Part shown: positions 38,969 to 50,688 of the stretch, piece by piece | How positions within the stretch are numbered: the stretch's first letter is position 1 | How the letters are laid out: the number at the start of each line of letters is the position of its first letter | Source: Paecilomyces variotii | Lineage: Eukaryota | DNA length: 64,000 nucleotides | Direction: 5' to 3' (one strand) | Assembly: GCA_004022145.1 (NCBI GenBank) | Contig: RCNU01000004.1 | Made by a program: the position numbers and the translations under genes | Notes under the pieces: model-generated | Databases searched by the model: none | Told to the model about the DNA's origin: nothing | What the model saw: only the letters and a program-made list of their open reading frames with translations

Positions 38969-40955
38969 TGGAAATTTCGACAGCGGTGATTGAAATGAAG
39001 GTGGACCGTGATTCAGCGGCTCAGGCCAAGGAGAGCGTTGGTTTTGGATAAGAAAAGAAAACAAGGTAACCAGTATATACCGGAATGCTTTGAAGGGAAG
39101 CCGCGATGAACGATGACAGGGGTGAGATGCGCACAGCGCTTCCGTAGTCACAACTAAGGGAACGTGAATATTCTCTCCCTCGTCGACCTTGTTGTGTCCA
39201 ATAGAATACCATTCAATGGTAAAGTGAAAGCAAAAGGGAGTATCAATAGCAGGTCGGAAAAGAGAATGAGCCCAGTGAATGATCAAAGGGCGGTTTCTAT
39301 GACCTGAAACAGAAAATATGAAGGAAGATTTGTATCGCAAGGACTGAAGAAACGAAGGAGATAAAGAGGGGATTATCTCAGGGTCGAGGGGATCCGTACC
39401 TCAGATCTTATAGATATGTGGCCCTGATCTTGATTGAAGTCTTCGTAGTCTCTCTCTCCTTCGACAGACGAACCTCCTAGCTCATCAAGTAAATTCAGTA
39501 GCGACTTGCTACGTAGTCCTACTCAGGTCGTGGTGAGCTGACTTGTCCAGTAGACTGTTGTTGTTTCAATTGGCGCCGTGTAGAATAGACTGTACCGTTA
39601 GTGTAATGGGGTTCGGTTGGAAGCTCAACGACTCGACAGCTGCCCTATCTCCAAGAATACCACAAAGTGAGACGTAGAAGTCAGGAAACTAGTGAAGGAC
39701 GGCGCCATGGTGGAGGTCATCGCAAGAGTAAGTACGATTCAAGTTGGGGCAGAGACAAAGGGAGGGGACTCGCCGCCACAGGAAGGTATGGACTATGGGA
39801 CACAAAACGAATCCTACACCCAAGACGGCCGATGAGAGTCATGCCATGAAGCGCTAGGCTCCTCATGAGGTTCCTCACCACCATGCTGTGGATGTCTTCC
39901 TGTTGGCTGTTGTTCATTGTAGAAGCGCTGCGACAAAGACGTCGCGCGGATCGCCCGCAACATTCCCGCTGGTGGTTTGTTTCGGACTGTCGCTTCCGCC
40001 GCGGATTCCAGCCGGCGGCAGGGTTCGACTGGCCCTCGTTGAACTCCGCCGCGCGCGAAAATAGAACAATGATAAGTCACAATGGAAATGTCTCTGGCCA
40101 TTGAAGTGGGCTCAACGTGGTCTAGCAGACTGCACAATGAGCCCGCCGTCACTCCTGCGCTGAGATCCGAAAGCGAACAAAAACACCGATCGCAGAAGTC
40201 ATCAGCTCCTTCAGAACGTTGGCAATCCTATACGAGGCTTAGGCCTCTGGACTCGATCTCTCTTGCTCAGTAGTCCAGATCGCTGCACCATTACGATAAT
40301 TGGTCGAAAACTGCCCAGTTTGTTTACTTGATACCATTGTCATTCATTCTCTCGTTGGCGCAAAGTTAGCCAGATCTCGTGTATGTGAACGGGACTAGCG
40401 AGACCTTCGCATGGGGCCAAAAATATCTGAATCCATCAAACGAAAAGACAACTTTCCACAGAAACCATCACAAGGAATAGAAGGGGGTCGTGTTGACTAC
40501 ACAATGACAATGAATAACATTAGACTGGAAACGTGACCATCATGACATTGGGAATGCGGCCCATCGATACCCAAACCAGACCACACTCCACCATCCTAGA
40601 ACACGCCAGGGAACAAGGACCATGCACACATACACCGTGAATCGAAAGCGAATACGGAGGCGCTGATGTGACGTAGATGCTATGCAGAAGGACCATGCGA
40701 GACAAAACGCTGAGTGGGGAGTCAAGGGATGCAAGAAAGAGTCGACAAAAGTGGGTGACAGACATGTTCTTAATGATGATAGAGAATGCACAAGAACAGG
40801 TGTAGTAGGTGAAAAAGAAGGCATAAGGAACAGGAAAACGTCAGGCATAACACAGGAGAAAAGGAAATGCATGCTGCAGACGCTCAGCGACCGGCAGGCA
40901 GAACAGTGATGGAAGTATGGTTCGCAACTTCCATCAGACTGCGAGAGCTAGATTT

Positions 40956-42874
40956 TCAGGAGGCAGACCCATTGCTAGAATCTGTACCTCCTCCTGCCAC
41001 GCCTCTAGTATCTGCTGATATAATGCCCCCATTCACAGTAATGCCATTAGCGGCTGGATGCTTCACCGGCGTCTGGTGAGGTGGTGCAGGAATCGGGATG
41101 GGCTCTTCGTCGTACTCGTGGTCAAGATAGTCGTCACCGTTTGATCCATGGCCATCAACAGCCGCTGGATCCCCTGGGTGTCGATCATATCCCTGCGCAT
41201 GCGTGGCAGCCGCGTTCTTGGCAGCGTTCTTAGTGGCCTTCTTGCCCTTACGGCCCTTCATCTTCGCCTTCTCAAGCAGTCGCCTTTTCTCTGCTAGTCG
41301 TTTTCGTTCCTTGCGGTCTTTGATCTCATATTGACGGATAAGTGCTTCTGGAGGATGACCAAAAATGGCCTCGTACTCGCAGAACTCACAAATCCATATG
41401 TCTTCCGGGTTTGGCGGACGGTGGAGGTTCGCATACTGCTGCTGGATCTTACGCTGTCGCGCAGCCAGAGCATAGATACTGCTTGGCGAACGTCGTGTTT
41501 TCTTGGGCTGCGCATTGGACTGCGAGCCTGGTACTTGCTGTTGTGCAGCAGCCTGGTTTGCCTGCGTGGCCATATTCGGACTTGTTTGAGTACCCTGGGT
41601 AGCAACTCCTCCCTGCGAATTCTGTGCGGAGTTTGTAACGGCCGAACTGGGTGATCGAGGGTGTTGCGGAAGGGGGAACGGATTCGTCTGCAGGGCCATG
41701 CCTTTAGACGAATCCGACTCGCAAGTAAAGGTGAACTGGGTCTTGGTTGGTGTTGTCTTCTTCGTCTGCTGATCGAGCAGGCTGACATTTTCCTGGCCCT
41801 TTGGTGAAGAGGATAACGCTGCCGCGTTGGCAATGGCCGCAGAGATAATCCCCTGGTCAGTCTTGGATCCCGTGTCACCTGCAAGTTTGGTGAGCAACAT
41901 TCTGAAGAATGGACCGGTGACCAGCATCGCTGTGCGAACACCGATCAACCACAATAGTACATACCTGCTCGTCCTCCGGGCCAAGTGTTTTGTGAGTAGA
42001 CAGAAAGGGGAATTCTGCCACTGCTGCTGCGAGCAGAACTGCGCCCAAACCGACCTCTTCCGGGTCCAGAGATCCCAGAGCCTGCAGGTGATGCCGGATT
42101 TCCAGAACCATAGTAAGTACCAGTGCCAGCATCGTTTACGGATGCCGACGAAGATGCGGAGCCAGAAATTCCCATGTTTGCGAGGTCTGCAGAGAGCGTC
42201 GAGTGATGGCTACCCAAATTTCCGGAGGTAGGGATTTTGCGCTTTTTCTTGTTATTGGTGTTCTCGAAGGCGTCGTAACCATCAGGCCCTGAGGATGGTT
42301 TGGTCTGCGAGCTATCCACATTGCCTGGGTACGCTTGTCGGCTGGCCGCGGCCGCAGAGGGTGACAGAGATGCTCCGCGAAAACCAGCATTTCGACGAAC
42401 CATTACCGGACCATCCTCGTCATCACTCACACAGTCAACTCCATTTTCATATGGGTGATGATGATCCCCATCGGTACTACCATCCTGGCCATAGTTTTCG
42501 GCATTTTGTTGTACGTATACCTTTGCATCATTCACCATCTCCCCATTTTCCGTATAAGCACCGTAGAAAAGCTGTGTCACTGGAGGGGCGGGAGGGTAAA
42601 GGATCGATTCCGCGGCTTCTGGAGACAGTCGGGAACGAAGCGGACGTTTTGGTAACGGTCTAATTAATCGATCTGGATACACCGGGGACGGTGTGTCTGG
42701 AGCGGAGTTATACGTCCCGCCTGCGGATCGACCATGTCAGCAACTGAACACATAGACGGCCCATATATCACCAGCTATCCAGTCAAGCTTCCTGGTTAAG
42801 AGATGACATCTCCAAGCCCTTTCTGTGAGTGTCTAGAGTTTTGTAGTAGAAGACGTACTCAACGTAGCAGCCAT
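40956..42874 (-). CDS. Uncharacterised fungal protein (probably nuclear); exons 42874-42858, 42720-41965, 41878-40956
   Basis: Spliced MAATLSGTYN...YPDRLIRPLPKRPLRSRLS...FENTNNKKKRKIP (NLS-like)...QFTFTCES...IWICEFCEYEAIFGHPPEALIRQYEIKDRKERKRLAEKRRLLEKAKMKGRKGKK; introns preserve the frame. Confidence 0.8.
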
Positions 42875-45109
42875 CGTGCGGGTTATCAAAAACTCGCACC
42901 CAACAACAATGTCGATGATGCTTATCTGAGAAGTCTTGTCTGACAATATGTCCCTCTCGCTTGGTTTCTTCCTCTTTGGTATAATATATGGCAGACTCCG
43001 TGCAGAGGGGGGTGGGATATCAGGAGGACTCTATCCAAAAAACTGGCGAGTGGCCACAGTCAGCACTGCTGTTCATAGCTGCTACTCCGGGCGATGCCAT
43101 AGTGCGTTTCCCCAGGAGATCCTCAAGTATTCAGCATACGCTGGCATCCTTGCAGGCCGTGGGCATCTGCTGGACCGCCCCAGAGCAATCAGGGCCGACT
43201 TACACACAATCCGTAATTATTCAGCACAAATGCAGACTTTTAAGGAGAACGGAAGTGTGAAGCTGGCGAGATGGAGCGGAGAGTCCTTAGCAACACGCTA
43301 CTGGATGACGGAATGAAGGGTCGGATGAAAATGGAACGGCACAATGGGGAAAGATCGAGACTGGAAGCGGGGGCGAGGGATATCGATCGGATTCGCGGCG
43401 TTGAGCTTTCAACGGAGATGAAGCAGAAGTAGTAGAAGAACCGTGGCAGCCACTCTGCTCGGCCCATACCACGCTAAGCCCCTTTGGGAACCCATCTTCG
43501 TCCGGTCGTTGAGGATGTCGAGGATATTATTATTATTCTTATTATTATTTGTTGCTCTACGATGGACCATCGGGCTGGCTGGTGCTCCAAGCCGCTCTTA
43601 CAAAATGCTTGCTTTCCTCTATAATCATTTCCCCCGTGCGGTTTGGGGGACTCCAGCGCGGTGTGACCTGGCCCACGGACGTGGTGGTCTCGAGCACGTA
43701 TCGATTGACGGTGGTTCACGGCTGTTGCCGAGTCTCTGCCCCTTTCTACCGAAGTCTACTATGAAGTATGACCAGGCAGCTGGAAAGAGTCCAGACCACG
43801 GTGCCTGCATCGGATGGTGAGCTCTACAGACAAGAGCACGTCGTCAGCAGCAAGCAACCTGGCAGCTCCTCCTAGTACTACGATGATCGTCTCTCGCGTC
43901 CGCTTAGTAGAACACTATATTGCGGAGAAACCAGACGACTGGTGGCACCAGCTCCGCGGAGCCGTCATATCAGACGACAGGTGAAAGAAGACCGTCGACT
44001 TGAGATGAACAATGGGACTCCTTTGGTAGATTAGTAGAGACTGCCACATCAGTGACAATGGCCTTTGGTATCGTCACCAGGCCATCCGATAGGCCACCCA
44101 TTGTATGTATGTACAGTACAAGATGATCAAGGACTGGGGAGCAACGTCTTGGGCATGCTCTATAATATCGGGAGGAAAGTTCCTTCACAGCTGTCCCATG
44201 GAGTTTCTGGAGCAACGGTCTTGCCTTCGAGCAGTACGCTGTTCATAACGCCTTTTTCCCACGATCCCAACCCTGCGATGAGCCCTGCGCGCATCCGGGT
44301 TCCCGCCGTGCTCCCTTCGGCATCCCACCCCAACGGCCCTTCCAGTATACGTATGCGTAGCGACGGAAGACTCGAAGGACAGACGGTAGGAAACAATCCT
44401 CATCGCGGAGTAACCGAGAGCGGGGATCGTGAAGCCGTGCGAGAACTGGCGTAAGCGGGGTCGAAGTGGAAGATGTCCAAGCGGCGAGATGGTTAGCAGG
44501 TGAATGGCAAAAAGCAGGAGTGAATCAGTTTAAGCAATATCATGTCTCGTCAAGATGATGCCAACGCGCGAGGAACCGAACAGAAGAATACGTGGACGAG
44601 CACAACGCGGTTCCCTGGCTGGCAGTACCGAGCGCGTCTCTCTGCTGCTTTTCTTCATTTGGAGCGGGGAAAGGCGGATGCACCAATATTAATTAATGCT
44701 TCCGTCGAGCAGAGAGCAAAAGACCGAAGCCAAGCCGTTGCGAGCGAAAGCGCCATCCCGTTCCGTCTCCCTGCTCGACTTCTTCCCCCCATCCCTCTGC
44801 TCCCCGCTCCTCATTTCACTGCTTCTTCAGACTATGTAGCCGGTGGGCTGTTGCTGGAGCTTCCAGAGAGTGTTTTTTGTCCCGTCATCTCTCTGATTCC
44901 TCTCGCAATTGGCCCTGTCGAATCCTTCTTCCGTTTTTCAGCGGGCTACTTTCGAATCCTCCTCTCCGCCGCGTGCGACAGCTTATCCTCGAGCTGTTCC
45001 TGCTCGAGCTGCCCTGGGATCGAACTGATCCCGCTACGAGGGGACGCTCTTCCAGTCATCGACTGATCGTACCTTCGAGACTTGGACGAGTTCAGCAGAA
45101 ATTCCAATC

Positions 45110-47365
45110 ATGTCGCCCCGTCGCTCCTCTCGCGCTCGCACCACCCAGCCGTCGCCTGCCCTTCTCCAGCACACCAACTCCTCAAGCTCGTCGAACTCTC
45201 TGAGTCGGGGTGAACGGAGTACGCGGTCGAATAATAAAGCCTCTCCACAGAGAAGGAATTCGACTCAGCGTTCGCAGTCCACCGATGACCCGGACACATC
45301 CTCGAAGAACGATTTCCCACAAACGCGCCAGCGCCAGCGCGCTCGAGAGGAGGATGACAACGAGGAGGCTCTGAAGCTTTCCGGAGAAGAAGACGAGGAT
45401 GGCGAAGAAGAGGAGGTCACTAGATGTCTCTGTGGACAGCAAGAATATCCTGGCCTGCCGCCTTCCCGCCGGGAGGCTCTCGGTCGCGCCGGGCTAAATC
45501 CTGGCGTCAAGGATGAGTCCGGATTGAACTCGTCAGCAGATACCTCAGATCTTCTGAATGATGACATAGGTAGCATGTTCATCCAGTGTGATGCTTGCAA
45601 GGTCTGGCAGCATGGTGGCTGTGTGGGAATCATGGATGAGGCCATGAGCCCTGACGAATATTTTTGTGAAGAGTGTCGGGCGGACCTCCACAGAATCACC
45701 AATGAGTCTAATGGGTAAGTTCAGGCGGCCTCCCCGGTATCGTTTGTGTCTTGATTGTTTTTATTGTCAATTCACTGCCTCTTTTGCTTTCACTGGACGC
45801 CAGAGCAACTATGCCGGCCTCCCCTGGTGCTCTGACTCTTGAGGACCGTCAGGGGAACACAATAAGCAACATCCTGGTTATCACACAACTACTATCGTGG
45901 ATTTTGTCTCTCTACAAGCTTGTCTTATGACTCTTCATAATGCGGTCATATCGCTTACGATTTCGCAGCAATCGTTCCTCCCAGTACCTACCAGTTGCTC
46001 CAGTCTCCTCCCCACCGTCCTCACGAGCTTCTTCCAGAGACGACGCAGGACGTGCGAAAGAACCAAAGAATCGGCAGAATGACAATGCTGCCACCAAGCG
46101 TCGTTCGACTATGAACAGCCGCGATGCGGCATATGATGAAGAAGAGCAGCTACGCCGGGCCATCGAAGAGAGCAAGGAAGAGACCAGGGCCGCTAATGAC
46201 GAGGTCGCAAGCCGCCGTGGAAAGAGGAGTCGTAGCGACAGTGAAGCGTATGTTGTGACCCCCTCTCTCGCCTGCTTTGCAATGTTCTAGAGAATGCCAC
46301 TGACACATCCGTTCGCAGTATCAAGCAGGTCGTTAAAAGACAACGAACCGCGTCGCCATCTCCGTCCGCCGTATCGAAGCAAAGCAACCCGGCTTCTCAA
46401 CCTCCTTCTGATGATGAATCGAAAAAAGCCAGTACAAATGGCGCAAAGAAGCGGAAGGGCTCGACATCACGGAATCAGCGGGAGAGGGAAACCAAGGAGC
46501 CCGAGGAGACATCCGAAACCGGACCAGCCGAATCTAACAATCGTAGAAAAGGACGATCGGATCGTCGCAAGGGCGACGGTGAGTACTGCCAACCTATGAA
46601 GCCATATACATTGTTACCTCCGGAGAATATTTGGCTGACGCTTCTGCAGCGGAATCTGACCAGGAAGCCGGTTCTCCAGCCAAGGCAGCGCCCCCTCCTC
46701 CTGCCCCAGAACCTCCCCAGCCCGCGCCCGTCACACCCGTGCTCAACCAAGAACCTATCGCTCCTCGTCCTTCGACACGCAAGACTGGCCGGCCAGCTAG
46801 ACGTGGGGGTCGCCTTGGGCGCAATCAATACACGCGAGATCGTGACCTGAATGGCTTCGATATGCATCATTCCCCACGTCGCGGTCAATCGCACGATACT
46901 GGCGGGGACTCTCCCCGAGAACAAGCAAATGGTGTGCATACCAATGGAGGGGAGTCTGGAAGGCCCAGCAGGCCACGCTACATGAACCCTCACCGCACTA
47001 CAATGAACGAAATGAAGAGACGCGTTGCGGCGATTCTGGAATTCATCTCGCGGATGCAGGTCGAAATGGCTGTCAGTGGGGAGAGCATCACACCACCAGG
47101 AAACGGTGATACGGCAAGCAGCCTCGCGAATAGTAAAACGCTTGCGAAAAATGTTGGCGCCCACTTGGAGACTCTCATACAAGCGACGAATGGCGAAGAT
47201 GAAGACGGCACACCATCAGCCGCACCGACAGAGAGCGAAGGTGGCTCTGATCAGCCTCCTAAGGAGAGAGACTTCAAAGACTTGAGCAGTGTCGAGATGA
47301 TGGATGTTCTCACCCGGCACCTGCTTAAATGGCAGCAGGAGTATGGCAAATACGGTGAAAAGTGA
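45110..47365 (+). CDS. cti6: PHD-finger protein, Cti6-like (Rpd3L histone deacetylase complex subunit); 4 exons
   Basis: EVTRCLCG...FIQCDACKVWQHGGCVGI...YFCEEC (PHD finger); RRSTMNSRDAAYDEEEQLRRAIEESK; MNEMKRRVAAILEFISRMQVEM; MMDVLTRHLLKWQQEYGK. Confidence 0.85.
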
Positions 47366-49056
47366 CATGACATCTTACAGGCGCTGTTACTCGACACGAT
47401 CTTTCTCCATCAATTTACCTCGCTGTTCCTGTACTTCTACGCCTATACTTCGGGGGGGTTGCACATACGATACCCAACATGTCTCTTTATTTCAGCAAAT
47501 GTACACTAGCTAGGGGACGGTATCTTGGTCATCATCGGCTTCGGCGTCGTGCGGAATCTCATGACATACATCTTATCGGATCGGACGTTTGTTTTCTGGT
47601 TGGTCCCATCTCATAGACAAAGATGGTTATGGCCATTTTTTTCTCTTGAAAATCGATGCGGCATTGTGAGCTTTTACTTGTGTCTGGTGCTGTCATCTTT
47701 GGTTCTATTTCTCTGGTTTCTTTCTTCCTTTCTTTCACATCAGCAACGCCTCTTCCGGGAAACGGACTCAGTGTGGCTGGTAGATTGTCTTATTCATTTT
47801 CCATTTCATGCACTCGACTTTTGCGTTTTTCTCCTTCTTCTCGACGGTAATGATAATCACGCTCTATTCTCTCGGGCGGGCAAAGGCGGTTTCCAAATTC
47901 TAGATCTAGGTCGAGGTTTAACATATCCTGTTCTATTTTCCTTGTCTTGACGATGTTTTTTTTTTTTTCTTCCTTTTAGTTTGTATGTATGTACGGAGTA
48001 TGTATCATGAACCCATCATCATCATCAACATCAACAACGATAGGGGAAATGTAAAATCTTTATAATGTAAGGTTACAAATGAATCAATTCTATCTGATTG
48101 TGAGAATGTACATACTATATCCTTCCTAAGAATAAAGAAAGGAAGGAGTAAATATCTGTCTGGCGAATAACGAGTGGACAGAATGAAGTCATCCTCCTGG
48201 CTGGCTGGCTGAGTGTATACATATATGTATATCGAATAGAATAGAGAATTCACTTGTTCAATAAATAAATAGACAGGGGAAAAAAAAAAAGAAAAAAGAA
48301 TATGAACAGAGAGCTAACCAGTGACTGAAGACAATAGTGCTACGATACAATATGATACGAAAGCGAGATATGTATGGATTTGGAATCACCTCGAGCTGAT
48401 TATAGACTATCCTTGAACGAACGACAGACAGGTACAACAAAGGCTCAGCCAAGTAAATCTACGAGGTTGGAGAGCACGAGTCCTCTACGATGAAGATACT
48501 TTTCCATAACACGTATTTCATTCACACTTGGCTAATGACAGGAAGTCAAAATCGAGCCATCTCCAATTCAGGAAAGGCGACAAAGTCCTCAACCGCCATC
48601 AAACCAAGATCATCATGGGTACATACAACTTCCCTCCATCATAGATTCAAATGTTCATGTGCAACGTCAGGGAAAGTGAAATAAAGGGACATGAAAATAG
48701 GAGGGGGGCATTATCGTCGATAGGTACAGTAAGGGGTGATCGCATCTGATACATGAGTGTTGTTTGTTGCATTGTGTCGTGCGCCTTTTCTCCCCTGGCA
48801 TTTTTTATCCATCATGCATGATCCATCATAGTTCGCGTACAAGGGAAATCCAAGATCATGAGGCTGCGATCCAGTAGGGTTGCTTGAGAAGAAAAGAAGT
48901 CATCTATCTTCAGAGAAGAAATCATATGTTGCGTAGATACAGAAGAAGCAGCAGCCTACGGACCGAGTCGAATGACGTCAGCGGGGAAGTTGAAGAAGCG
49001 CGGACACTTCGACGGGAACTAACCTTTTCCAGTTACACTCCGACCCTTCCATTCGT

Positions 49057-49680
49057 TTACAGTCTGGATCCGTGGATCACCTTGTAGTCGACCACCAGCT
49101 CGCGACCTCCGTCGTTGATGACCAGAGCACGAACGCTGCCACGGCCGTCAGCAAAGGCGTCGCTGAGTCTCTCGAAGAGACCACCCTGGTTGAGGACGGG
49201 GACACCCTGCTTGACATCGCCGGTCTCGGTCATGGCGACGACGTGGCCGTCCTCGATGTCCAGGACGCGGTAGGTCTTGTAGACGGGGCCCAGCATGGTC
49301 TGGACGACGACCGAGTCCGAGGGGTTGGAGACGAAGCTCGACTCCTCGTGCAGCTGACGGGTGAACAGGTCGACACCGAGGTAGCGGTGCTGGCCGGTCT
49401 GGGAGGAGACCGAGATGCGGATCACCTGGCAAGGACGGCCCTGGAGGACCAGGAGATCGCCAATGCGGATGAAGTGGCAGGGGATCGGGACGGTGTCGGG
49501 CGGGTGGCCGCTGCGAGGACGAACGACGCGAACATTCTCACGGCGGCGGGCGGGGGCACGCTCCTGGACGACGACGTCCTCCTTGGCCTCGCTGTGGAAG
49601 GGGTGGAGGAAGCGATCGGCCGCACGCTCGACGCCGCGGCGGAAGGAGTGGTAGTGGCCTTCGTCGTCGTAGTAACCCAT
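49057..49680 (-). CDS. hexA: Woronin body major protein HexA/Hex1, AUG-initiated form (207 aa), eIF5A-like fold with C-terminal PTS1 (SRL)
   Basis: MGYYDDEGHYHSFRRG...IPCHFIRIGDLLVLQGRPCQVIRIS...GQHRYLGVDLFT...VVQTMLGPV...ELVVDYKVIHGSRL*. Confidence 0.96.
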   Translation of the reverse strand: MGYYDDEGHYHSFRRGVERAADRFLHPFHSEAKEDVVVQERAPARRRENVRVVRPRSGHPPDTVPIPCHFIRIGDLLVLQGRPCQVIRISVSSQTGQHRYLGVDLFTRQLHEESSFVSNPSDSVVVQTMLGPVYKTYRVLDIEDGHVVAMTETGDVKQGVPVLNQGGLFERLSDAFADGRGSVRALVINDGGRELVVDYKVIHGSRL

Positions 49681-50688
49681 CTTGGTCTTGGGGTCTTTCT
49701 CGTAGACGGTGGTCTTGCTCACGTTGACCTCGGTGGGAGCGGAGTAGCGGCTGCTGGTACGGTAGGCGTCGACGTCTACCTCACGAGTGCTGCTGCGGGA
49801 GTTGTTGCTGCGGTAGGACTCGACGGGCTCGTAAGCACTGGAGGAGTAGGCAGCGTCGACTTCGTAGGTCGGTGGGTGGACGCGACGGCGATATTCACGC
49901 TCGGTGATATCAAGCTGGGACTCAACTTCGGCGCGGTCAGGACCAGGACGGTGATGACCAATGGGGGCACGGTATCTATATGTTTTTTTCAGAGCAGTCA
50001 GACACTATCTCAGCTGGCGCCAGTGGAGAACAACAGTGCCAAACAGTTGATTGGCCGACTAGCAGGATCTTTTCTGAGACACGTAACAAAAGCCATGCGG
50101 TGTGCGGATTTGTTGATCCGGACAGACACGGGATGCGATGCTTGTGCGCCTGCAGGGAATATGGAAAATAGCCTGGAGATCGCGCCACAGCCACCGGAAA
50201 CATGGGGTCTGTGTTTTGTTTTGTTTTGTTTTGTTTTTGTGTTTTTGTTTTATTTTGGGGCTGCAGAAGCACCCGCATCTCGCTCCCAATTGCAAGGAAA
50301 CTGGCCCAGCACTAGAGAACGCTAAAGCAAGGCAAGAAAAAAAACAAAAAAAAACCAAGAGATTGTTAACTTACCGTTCACGAGAAAGCTCTACCTCGGG
50401 GTAACGCTCACGTTCCTCGTAGACGAGATCGGACTCCTCGTAGCGACGAGCTGGGCGACGACGGTCGTCAGAAGTGTAGCGAACGTCGACGTCGACTTCT
50501 TCCTTTCCGTAGACGTTGGGGTCAGGGAGAGGAGCGGCGATTCGAGTATCTTCCCGTCCGACGCGCGAAGTGCGATCCAAGTTGACTTCTCCTTCTACTC
50601 GGGTGTGAGTAGCCTCAGAGACAGCGTCACTCCGGTACGACGACGGGAAGACACTGAAGGGGATGGGGACGCGAGCGTCAAAGTCCAG
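49057..50688 (-). CDS. hexA: Putative long HexA isoform (~410 aa) initiating at CUG 50688; exons 50688-50375 and 49975-49057
   Basis: Donor GTAAGT at 50374, CTGAC branch and TAG acceptor ending at 49976 join LDFDARVPIPFSVFPSSYR...YPEVELSRER to YRAPIGH...LDITEREYRRR...KTK-MGYY in frame; no in-frame Met. The start codon is inferred. Confidence 0.55.

Noticed and set aside
38969-39340. TTG-started extension of the MARVEL ORF
   Set aside because: Composition looks like UTR; no independent support, although non-AUG initiation is not excluded.
44542-45066. 174-aa ORF upstream of cti6
   Set aside because: Overlaps the pyrimidine-rich promoter/leader and has no domain; probably a chance ORF.
49500-49680. 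Alternative intron just after MGYYDDE, as reported for some hex1 genes
   Set aside because: No GT donor at that position (GAAG/GCCACT) and the nearby CAG I tested is out of phase.
49072-50325. 417-aa plus-strand ORF antisense to hexA
   Set aside because: Shadow of the strongly C/G-ending codon usage of hexA; GTG start, runs into intronic low-complexity sequence, no recognisable domain.
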